Source of the DNA: Octopus sinensis
Taxonomy: Eukaryota
Assembly: GCF_006345805.1 (NCBI RefSeq)
Contig: NW_021836489.1
Coordinates: 1-24,079 of the forward strand
Length of the DNA stretch: 24,079 bases
Direction: 5' to 3'
Below, piece after piece: positions 1 through 8,705 of this stretch (the stretch's first letter is position 1; every line of letters starts with the position of its first letter). Below the pieces are notes generated by a model that saw only the letters and a program-made list of their open reading frames with translations, ran no database searches and was not told the origin of the DNA. Both the position numbers and the translations under genes were made by a program.

Positions 1-1350
1 TTCTTACCTTATTCTTACTTTGGCCCCTCTCCTTTTAGAAACCCTGCTCCCTCCACTGACAACTTGGTCACCTCAGTTCCAGAAACAATCAACAACTCCT
101 GAGAAACCTGGCCATTTCACTGAATATATTTCATTGGTGTGTTGATATTCCTGTGTATCTCCTGAATATGAATTCTATCTTATCTGTCAGTCAACCTAAA
201 ACCCCATTCCATCGTCTATACACCCTTAGTTATATTGGGTACACTGTCGGTGATTCCTGCTTACTCCTTGTCAACATCTCACATATGTTTATTTCCTAAA
301 TGTCAATAAAGTCGTGTCTTTTTTCCTGTAAACTAAAACATTTATTTTTGCTTGGTTTTCTTTAATGATTCTTAATTCTTGGTTTTGCTTCCATGTTTGG
401 AATTTCTTCTCTCATTCATTGGCTGATTCAGTTAAAAGAATTATATCATTGGAGCATAAGGTTCCTCACAGACATTTATGTCAATGAAGAATTGTAATAT
501 ACAGGACAGAGAATGGAACTGAGCCCTGCTTGGCTCCAGCTGCCATGCCAAGATCCTCTCTGAACTCAATCCTAATTCTCACATTCCTCATAGTATCACC
601 ATAGATTCTCACAAGCCATTCCTCCACACCAAGTTTCTTTACCAGTGACCCTTAAATTAGAGAGTGTGTTACCTGTCAAAGATCTTCCCCAACTCAACAA
701 ATACAAGACAGAGCCTCTTGGTCTTGACTAACTCTTGGTCCCTATAATTGTCTGACAAGGAAGAACGTATTGCTGGTATCCCACCCCCACCCACGTCCAA
801 TCTATGTCTCACCCCCACCCACGTCCAATCTATGTCTCACCTCCCCTAATTTTCTCCCTGACCAACTCGTTTTCTCACCTTCACAGTTTTGTCCATTCAT
901 TCAGTGTTTCTCCTTCTGGCTGCTTCTTTCTCCAGCATCTCTTTTACAGTCGATAATGCTGCAGTGTTAGTCATTGTCTCTATGACCCTTACTTTATGAT
1001 GTAAGGGCCTCATATATATCCTTCTTTACTGCATATATTCCATATCTCACAGACTAAACCTGATTCTGCAACTGATTTACTTCACTTCATATCCTTGATC
1101 ACATTTTCAAATCTTTTCAGTTCAAATTCAAAGTTGTTGGATCAGCATGGAGTAGTCTCCCCTCTTCCCTCTGCACTTCATGCAACAATTTCTCCTATAA
1201 AAATTACCAAATTTCGTATCAGCACCACTAGAAGACATATCTTACCATTACCATTTCATACTCACACCTTTCCTCAACTACATTTTCATTTACACTGACA
1301 CACTGTTTGCCCATCCAGAATGCCTTCTGCCTCCTAAGAGGAAATAACGT
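1..1350 (-). mobile_element. Old, heavily decayed RTE-clade LINE ORF fragment (pre-RT region to RT C-terminus)
   Basis: Manual minus-strand translation gives eroded motifs colinear with the RTE copy at 20280-22130: FWMGKQCVSVNE (~VFRIARQCVREN), FLVRQL..KRLCLVFVELGKIFDR (~DLEKTFDRV), AGAKQGSV (~GVHQGSALSP), NQAKINVLVYRK (~NLAKTKVLVSRK), QGVSRNHRQCTQ (~KGVGRNSIRCTQ), EVVDCFWN*GDQV (~EIVDSFCYLGDQV). Many stops and frameshifts. Confidence 0.8.
783..838. repeat. Perfect 28-bp tandem duplication inside the old RTE
   Basis: ACCCCCACCCACGTCCAATCTATGTCTC at 783-810 and 811-838. Confidence 0.95.
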
Positions 1351-1829
1351 CTTGTCTTGTAGATAATTATCACTTTTGAGCTGGTTTATTTTTCAGTTGA
1401 ACAAATATTACATCATTTGGAACCATTATTCCGTTTAACTATAAATCATGTGACATCAGTGACATCACCATTTTTTTTCCCAGATATTCTTTGAGAGTGA
1501 TGTAATATTTTCTCTGTTGTGTTTGAAAGGTTTATGCATTGGTACAGTCTGTTTTGCAAAGAGTTTTCTGTTTGGCCAATATAAGACATTGAACCACAAT
1601 CTATTTCTGTTAGGACCTGTTTATGACAGATCTGCTAAGGTACTTATTGTGGAAGGGACCCGGGTTGGAGTTTTAACAATTTCAGTTATCTCATCTTTGG
1701 TTTGTTCTCTTTGTATTGTAGTATGGGTGGTGGTAGTGGTGGTGGTGGTGGCAGCGGCGGTATGCTTACTATTCTCTTTGAACATAAAATTGCATTTAGT
1801 TATGTTTATAGTGCAAAAATATATGATAT

Positions 1830-1854
1830 GGAGTGTGTATGTGTATATATGTAC

Positions 1855-1890
<36 letters not shown>

Positions 1891-2150
1891 TTGATTCTGT
1901 GTATGTCTGTTTGTGTTGTTTTTAGACAGCCCCCAGTAAAGGTCTTGTGTATGTTTTTGACAGAGGTCATGACATTTTATCGTGTGTGTGTGTATGTCTA
2001 CATGTTTGAGTATATGTGTGTATATACATGTCTGTATATGTCTGCATATACATATGGTTGTGGATGTAATATAGAACTCACAGATGTAATATTTCTTTTG
2101 CTTAGGTTTGTGTATGTGCGTGTGTATGTAAGTATGTATGTCTATTGTAA

Positions 2151-2188
<38 letters not shown>
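1830..2188. repeat. Compound (TA)n/(TG)n/(TATG)n microsatellite field
   Basis: Read directly from sequence. Confidence 0.9.
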
Positions 2189-2259
2189 CATCATCATCAT
2201 CGTTTAACGTCCATTTTCCACGCTAGCATGGGTTGGACAGTGCAGCACGGGTTGGACGG
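2189..2259 (-). mobile_element. RTE-type 3' terminus with (GAT)n tail, severely 5'-truncated
   Basis: Reverse complement reads TCCAACCCATGCTAGCGTGGAAAATGGACGTTAAACGATGATGATG, matching the end of the LINE at 22440-22498. Confidence 0.8.
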
Positions 2260-2479
2260 ATATATATATATATATATGGATGTGTTTAAGCGCGTGTGTG
2301 TGTATGTGTGTGTGTGTGTGTCATTAGGTATGTGTATGTAGGAATGCATAGCTTCACCAACACATCTACACACTGCCACATTAACAGGACAATTCCATCA
2401 CCACACTAACGCACTAAAACTTCTCCACATTAACTCACCCTGAACCTGCCAGAATCAAAGCAAGCGTAATACCATGGCT

Positions 2480-2640
2480 AACAGTTTTGAGGGCAGGGGC
2501 TTGGTTGATATCATCAAGAAACCCTCACACACACCTGTACACACACATGCACACACCTGTACTTAATTAGAACTTTATTTCTATTGACCATGGAGAAATC
2601 AGAGGCAAAGTTGACCCTCGGTGGATTTGAACTCAGCACA
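2480..2640 (-). mobile_element. Degenerate SINE family A fragment with an internal (CA)n insertion
   Basis: Aligns with 23460-23575 (GGCAAAGTTGACC..GGATTTGAACTCAG vs GGCAAAGTCGACC..GGAATTCGAACTCAA). Confidence 0.6.
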
Positions 2641-2667
2641 TGCCTTGAAACCGGCTCAGTGTCTCCA

Positions 2668-2746
2668 ATGATGATAATGATGATGATGACAATGATAATG
2701 GTGGTGGTGGTGGTGGTGGTGGTGGTGGCGAGGAGGAGGAGGAGGG
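2668..2746. repeat. Compound (GAT)n(GGT)n(GAG)n trinucleotide repeat
   Basis: Read directly from sequence. Confidence 0.9.
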
Positions 2747-2871
2747 TAATTGTAAGAAAGGTACAAAGTCGAGACGGGAGTAGGGTCCTCCTCCACATTG
2801 TCCTGCATTCATGGCTGGGACTCTGTTTGACCACAGAAGGATGAAAGGTAAAATCTGAATTCAGACCAGCC

Positions 2872-3100
2872 CTCATAAACTGGACATCACACACACCACA
2901 CTCAGAATTTCATTATTGCACATATAAGCGTTTCATATCACACGCTTATAAACTGGAAATCCCATATTCATAACCCGTTATCACACATCCTTGTAATCCA
3001 TTTATCACACACGCATAAACTTATTTCACACACCTCCATAAACTGTTTATTATTGCCTCATAAACTAGATATCAGGCACTCCTAAACTGTATACCACACT
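2872..3100. repeat. Degenerate ~22-25 bp minisatellite (CATAAACTG..ATCACACAC core)
   Basis: CATAAACT/TATAAACT/CCTAAACT recurs about six times, usually followed by ATCACAC-like sequence. Confidence 0.6.
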
Positions 3101-3304
3101 TTGAATGTGAACAATACAAACACAAATAGATGAGAAACCAACTGAAATAAAAGCTTAATCATAAAGCAGCTGATACATGAGACAAATCATAAACTTTATG
3201 ATATAAAAGACAAGTCATAGTGTAAGTGTAAGATCAGTCATTAAATGAGGTGTAGGGGGAGACACATCATAGAGATATAAACCAACTGAGATGAGACTAT
3301 ACAT

Positions 3305-3830
3305 GAGGATGGTATGGCCATGGTACGGCAGACTACTAAGCAACTAACATTGGTGGTATGATGAAGGTATGGTGATGAAGGCGGTGAGCTGGCAGAATTG
3401 TTAGCACGCCGGGCGAAATGCTTAGCGGTATTTCGTCTGCCACTACGTTCTGAGTTCAAATTCCGCCGAGGTCGACTTTGACTTTCATCCTTTCGGGGTC
3501 GATTACATAAGTACCAGTTATGCACTGGGGTCGATATAATCGACTTAATCTGTTTGTCTGTCCTTGTTTGTCCTCTCTGTGTTTTGCCCCTTGTGGGTAG
3601 TAAAGAAATAGGTATGGTGTTGTACCCCAACCATACGTCTCTTATTACTGGTATTGCGATGGTATTGTGACTAACCACGCAGCTGAAACTGATGGTATGG
3701 CATGGTGAAGTGTATGGGGAAATGTATGGTCATGATATGGTGGACAACTACATGACTAACACTAATGGTATGATGAAGGTATGGTGTCTTTAGCTCACAC
3801 TTGGCATTGATGGTACTAACAGCATGGTGT
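3305..3830. repeat. Degenerate GGTATGGTG/ACTAAC minisatellite, interrupted by a SINE
   Basis: ACTAACA....TGGTATGATGAAGGTATGGTG occurs at ~3344-3374 and ~3756-3786; GGTATGG recurs throughout. Confidence 0.55.
3380..3610 (+). mobile_element. Full-length, young tRNA-derived SINE (family A) with probable 14-bp TSD
   Basis: A-box-like TGGCAGAATTG (3390-3400), B-box GTTCAAATTCC (3454-3464), GGCGG/CCGCC acceptor-like stem (3380-3384/3463-3467), CpG-rich body. Flanks GGTATGGTGATGAA (3366-3379) and GGTATGGTGTTGTA (3611-3624) match 12/14. Confidence 0.9.
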
Positions 3831-4262
3831 CTGTCTAGCCACACCACTACCATTGGTGGTTACGGTGCTGCTACACAGACTTAAGCACACCCACTTAACC
3901 TTTGTGGGTAGCAGTGGCTTCAGTTAGTCGATGCTACACCACCACCACCATCAGCATCAGCAGCATCGTTGTTGCCGTTACGTTTGATGTTATTCAGTAA
4001 AGTTTCCAGAGTAGAACAGAAGAAGATGAAGGGAGGAAGCGTTGCCCTGAGGCTCCCCACCATTTACTGTAGCAGCTAATGGAGATCTGATCTGAAACCA
4101 TTGTGATCTTAGAAGGTCATTGGAGTTGCAGAAATCAATAAAGAAATAACTCCAGAGTCAATATTTCATTGGATAGAAAGCTTAAACAAGTCTTTCAACC
4201 CTCTCTATTTACTATTGCTACGTAATGATATCAGAATATTGTCATTTAAAATCAACAACTAC

Positions 4263-4467
4263 GTTATATATATATATATATTATATATTATAATATATAT
4301 ATATTCATAGTATCAGAAAACAAAATAAAATATAAAACTGTTAAATAAATACATCTATATTTTATCTACAGTCTCAATATTATATCTGCAATATGTATAT
4401 CTATTTATTAATTTCTCTCTCTCGCCTCTCTCCTCTCTCTCTCTCTCTCTCTCTCCCTCTCTCTCTA

Positions 4468-4502
<35 letters not shown>

Positions 4503-4690
4503 TATATATATATATATATATATGTATGTATATATATATGAATATATATGTATATATATGTATGCGTATATATGTATATATGAATATATATGTATATGTC
4601 TTGTATGTGTATATATATATATGAATATATATGTATATGTATATGTATATGTATGTATGTGTGTGTGTGTATATATATATGTATATATTA
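4263..4690. repeat. (TA)n, (CT)n and (TATG)n microsatellite cluster
   Basis: Read directly; source of spurious ORFs 4393-4860 and 4465-4719. Confidence 0.9.
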
Positions 4691-4998
4691 GATGCTGGAG
4701 AATCAGAGAGACTCACCATATTATTTGTTTAGATAAATTAAAATGTATGGAATGGAATTTCAATGATGAGAGCCAGATTTTGAAGAATGTCAGTTTTCTG
4801 GTTTTAAAGGGTGTGGTCAAAATTACACCTCCCACATTTTGCAAAATGACAGACATTTAAACCACAAATACATGTTGTGCACCAGGCCAAAACATGAGGG
4901 GAACCGAAAAGTAGGATAAACCATTATTGACGTCATAAGAACATGAACCATTTCTTCTTTTGAACACCTCAAAGCACGCACATAAAACTATAAAAAAT

Positions 4999-5129
4999 GG
5001 TTTCAAATTTTGGCAAAATGGCAACAGTTTTTGAGGAGGTGGAGCTAAATTGATTATATCAATCCCACCGGTTCAACTGGTACTTTTTCCATCAAGTCCA
5101 AAAGGTAAAGTCAGCCTCAGCCTAATTTG
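4999..5129 (-). mobile_element. SINE family A, 3' part (B-box to tail) of a split copy
   Basis: Reverse complement GAGTTCAAATTAGGCTGAGGCTGACTTTACCTTT..AAGTACCAGTTG..GATTGATATAATCAATT aligns with 3452-3550. Confidence 0.7.
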
Positions 5130-5683
5130 AACTCAAAATCATCATCACCATCTTTTAATGTCCGTTTTCCATGCTGGCATGGGTTGGGTGGTTTGACTGA
5201 GGGCTGGTGAGCCAGAAGGCTACAACAGGCTCAATCTGATTTGGCAAAGTTTCAACAGCTGGATGCCCTTCCTAACACCAACCACTCCAAGAGTGTAGTG
5301 GGTGCTTTTATGTGCCATCGGCATGAGGGCCAGTCAGGCGGTTCTGGCAACAACCACGTTCAAAAAGTGTTTTTATGTGCCACCTGCATGGGAGCCAGTC
5401 TGGCAGCACTGGCAATGACCATTTTTGAATGTTGTTTTTCCCGTGCCACCAGCACATGTGCCAGTAAGGCGATGCTGGAAACGATCACGCTTGAAATGGT
5501 GCTTTTTACCTGCCACCAGCACGAGAGCCAATCTATGGCCCTGGTAATGATCATGCTCGGATGTGCTTTTAACATTCCACTGGCACAAGTGCCAGTCAGG
5601 CAGGACTGTCATTGGCCACATCAGTGATTTTGATTTGATTTGGCTGATGACAGTACCACCTGATTGGTACTTGTGCCAGTGGA
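5130..5683 (-). mobile_element. RTE-type 3' end (3' UTR with ~66-bp tandem units and (GAT)n tail) with a short 5' inverted duplication
   Basis: (CAT)n then TTTAATGTCCGTTTTCCATGCTGGCATGGGTTGG..CAGCTGGATGCCCTTCCTAAC, homologous to 22365-22498 and 22758-22908. Confidence 0.8.
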
Positions 5684-5750
5684 GAATGTAAAGAAGAAAT
5701 GCCCTTCAGTATTTTGGCCAACACACTAACACCTCTGCCAACTGACCACT
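5684..5750 (-). mobile_element. SINE family A, 5' head of the split copy
   Basis: Reverse complement GTGGTCAGTTGGCAGAGGTGTTAGTGTGTTGGCCAAAATACTGAAGGGCATTTCTTCTTTACATTCT aligns with 3380-3451. Confidence 0.65.
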
Positions 5751-5877
5751 TTACATAAAAAGCTATGAATAAAAACGAATGAATATTGAGTTGAAAAACC
5801 ACTTTTGTATAGAAAAAGAGAAAAGCTCCGTGCGTGACTTGAACCCGTGTCCCTTCAGCTATTCAACCCAATATTTA

Positions 5878-6240
5878 CAGGAGTGGCTGTGTGGTAAGTA
5901 GCTTGCTTACCAACCACATGGTTCCGGGTTCAGTCCGACTGCATGGCACCTTGGGCAAGTGTCTTCTACTATAGCCTCAGGCCAACCAAAGCCTTGTGAG
6001 TAGATTTGGTAGACGGAAACTGAAAGAAGCCCGTCATATCTGTGTGTGTGTCCCCTCACCATCGCTTGACAACCAATGTCAGTGTGTTTAAGTCCCCGTA
6101 AGTTAGAGGTTTGGCAAAAGAAACTGATAGAATAAGTATGAGGCTTACAAAGAATAAATCCTGGGGTCGATTTGTTCAACTAAAGGTCGTGCTCCAGCAT
6201 GGCCGTAGTCAAATGATTGAAACAAACGGATGGAAAAGAA
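5878..6240 (+). mobile_element. tRNA-derived SINE family B (CORE-like central domain), near full length
   Basis: Head GGAGTGGCTGTGTGGTAAGTAGCTTGC..GGGTTCAGTCC, then ACCTTGGGCAAGTGTCTT (resembles the start of the MIR-type CORE domain), internal microsatellite, and tail ..CAGCATGGCCGTAGTCAAATGATTGAAAC. Five other copies in the window. Confidence 0.9.
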
Positions 6241-6246
6241 TGCTGC

Positions 6247-6360
6247 CAGGTAGCAAAGCTGACAGAATCTTTCCTGGACAAAATACTCAGTCGAGTCTTG
6301 GGGTCGATATAATCAACTGGCCCCTTCCACAAAATTGCTGCCTTGTGTCAGAATTCGAAA
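6247..6360 (+). mobile_element. Internally deleted SINE family A fragment
   Basis: Head-like AGCTGACAGAATC..GGACAAAATACTCAG joined to GGGGTCGATATAATCAACT..CAAAATTGCTG. Confidence 0.55.
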
Positions 6361-6554
6361 CTTACACTTACAGGACATCATTGATAGCTTTACGTGTGTG
6401 CTTTGAGATATTCCCAAAAAGGGATTCAATAAAACATTAGACCCCACATGAAGACCCCATTGTCCCCTTCTTAACTTCACCAGTGCCAGACCAAAGGCCA
6501 TGGAAAATGTGGACCCTTTTTCTGCTGCACCATTCATTTCATGGCATGATTATA

Positions 6555-6668
6555 TGGCTATGAGGCTTGAATAGCAATCACATGAATTTGGGTTCAATCG
6601 CACACCGTGGCACCTTGGGCAACCAAAGCCTTAAGCATGGTCGACAGAAACTGCATGAAGCCCTGTAC
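6555..6668 (+). mobile_element. Degenerate B-type SINE head (5' half of a composite element)
   Basis: GGGTTCAATCGCACACCGTGGCACCTTGGGCAA..CCAAAGCCTT..GAAACTGCATGAAGCCC aligns with 5930-6033. Confidence 0.65.
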
Positions 6669-6777
6669 ACGTGCACACACATATCTTGTAGATATATGTA
6701 TGTATGTGTATATAGGTATGTGTGTATGTATATGTATGTATCTATGTATACATATATGTATGTATGTATATATATAT

Positions 6778-7061
6778 TTGTTGTTTGTTCCTTCTCGAGC
6801 CATGCCTGGGTCATAAGGGCCGGTTCCCTAATTTCATTGGCATATAGATTCCCAACCTGGACGGGACGCTGGTCCGTCGCAGATGAGCTGCAAGATGCAG
6901 GAGGAAAGAGTGAGCAGAAGTTTGCCATTACCTTCTGCCAGAGCTGTGTGGGGCTTAGGTGTTTTCGCTCATAATCACACACATCACCCAGTCTGAGATT
7001 TGAACCCATGATCCCTCGACCGTGAGTCCACTGCTCTAACCACTAGGCCATGTGCCTCCAC
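6778..7061 (-). mobile_element. tRNA-derived SINE family E with (AAC)-type tail
   Basis: Reverse complement starts GTGGAGGCACATGGCCTAGTGGTTAGAGC (A box) ..GGGTTCAAATCTC (B box) and ends GGCTCGAGAAGGAACAAACAACAA. ATGTATGTATATATA flanks both sides as a possible TSD. Confidence 0.85.
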
Positions 7062-7111
7062 TAATGTATGTATATATACCTATGTGTGTATCTATGTATA
7101 TGTGTGTGTGT

Positions 7112-7375
7112 GTTTGTCACTCCTTGTCTTGACTTAGCATGATAGCAGTAAGCGTGCGCTGTTGTCATTCAATATATGTTTATTAGTTTCCAGTCTTCCA
7201 GGAAAACATGTCAGGCTACAGGAAAATATTAGCTTACTTGGGAAAAGGTGAGGGTTAGCAACAGGAAGAGCATCTTCCCAAAGAAAATCTGCCTCAATGA
7301 ATACCATGTGACCCATGCCAACATGGAACAATGGATGGTAAAACAATGACGATCATGATGATGATGATGATGATC
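7112..7375 (+). mobile_element. SINE body and tail ending in an RTE-type terminus with (GAT)n
   Basis: GGAAGAGCATC..GACCCATGCCAACATGGAACAATGGATGGTAAAACAATGACGATCATGATGATG resembles the RTE end at 22365-22498. Confidence 0.7.
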
Positions 7376-7654
7376 ACAAGGACATCTGGTCCAGGGCTGC
7401 AGGCATAGTGAACCTAAGAACCTACACACTGAAGTCCAAACATGGCCCCCACTGCATAATCGTTCATGTTTTCCACTGGAGTGAATCAGTCCTCTTGATT
7501 AATGATTAACCATGATTTACCAAAGGTGAATGCAACAAATAAATAATTCAAGGTTCACACCACATCACTTTCTTACTGATATTAACTCAACATAGAGCAT
7601 AGTGCAACCACCTTATGCTCATTACGTGGTGTTTTGTTTGTTGTGGTGTGTGTG

Positions 7655-7692
7655 TACATACACACATATACGTATATACTAATATATATGTA

Positions 7693-7745
<53 letters not shown>

Positions 7746-7761
7746 ATGATGATGATGATGA

Positions 7762-7795
<34 letters not shown>

Positions 7796-8217
7796 TATAT
7801 ATATATATATGTATATATATGTGTGTGTGTGTGTGTTATATATATATATATATATACACACATGTAGGTATGTGTGTGTGTGTGTGCTAGTACATGTATA
7901 TTTTATGTATGTGTATATATGTATATATGTTTTATATATACACATACATATTTACATATGTATTCATGCATACATACACACATAGATACACACACACCTG
8001 TTTCCGTGTTCAAATGAAAGAAAAGACCATTCACTAGTTATTAATTCTGTGAAGTAGTTTATAATTAAACAGTTAATGATTCACCAGGACATGACTTGAA
8101 GTTTTCTACTTCACACAAGTATGACTGTGATCTCTGGAAGGCATTTCCTATATACACTCTCTCTCTCTCTCACACACTCACACACTCACAATCACACGTA
8201 CTCATGTATGTATAAAA

Positions 8218-8262
<45 letters not shown>

Positions 8263-8610
8263 ATACATAAGTATATGTGTGTGCTTGTATATATATATAT
8301 ATATATATATTATATAAATACATCTATATTATGTGTATGTATGTATATACATATATATTTATACATACATGCATACATACATATATATATAGATAGATAG
8401 ATAGATTGATTGATAGATAGATATACATATACACATATATATATTTATTTATATATGTGTATATATATATATATATATACATTTATATATGTGTATATAA
8501 TATATATAAATGCATACATACATATATACGTGTGTGTGTGCGTGTATGCATGTGTGTATGTATACATACATATATGTATATGTATGTATATGCATATGTA
8601 TATACATACC
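7655..8610. repeat. Large compound (TA)n/(GAT)n/(TG)n/(CT)n/(GATA)n microsatellite field
   Basis: Read directly; interrupted by ~150 bp of non-repetitive sequence near 8000-8150. Confidence 0.9.
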
Positions 8611-8705
8611 TATGATGGTGTACTTGCCTGCCAGACCCCCCCCTCCTCTCACACCATCACCATCGCCACCATTGAACAACAATAAACACTCCAGATGCTG
8701 GCAGT

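Noticed and set aside
2439-2530. Apparent minus-strand exon FLDDINQAPALKTVSHGITLALILAGSG ending at a GTGAGT donor
   Set aside because: Most of it lies in a degenerate SINE A fragment, and the acceptor lacks a pyrimidine tract.
3380-3467. tRNA-like sequence (also heads at ~6990-7061, 12320-12384 and 19350-19410)
   Set aside because: A and B boxes are present, but each continues into a multi-copy SINE body and lacks a canonical cloverleaf; these are not tRNA genes.
3900-4130. Short protein-like frames around a CAC/CAG run
   Set aside because: No frame passes between plausible splice sites without a stop, and there is no recognisable domain.
4393-4860. 155-aa ORF and similar YI/CV/TH-rich ORFs (1702-2226, 7679-7985, 9847-10314, 20018-20278)
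   Set aside because: Translations of dinucleotide microsatellites.
4928-4935. Palindromic CRE site TGACGTCA
   Set aside because: A single 8-mer with no promoter context; expected by chance at this scale.
5241-5627. 128-aa ORF with periodic motifs; repeat spacing superficially CRISPR-like
   Set aside because: Lies in the tandem units of an RTE 3' UTR; there are no unique spacers, no cas genes, and the context is eukaryotic.
6567-7009. Overlapping 135-aa and 143-aa ORFs
   Set aside because: Made of SINE E plus microsatellite sequence.
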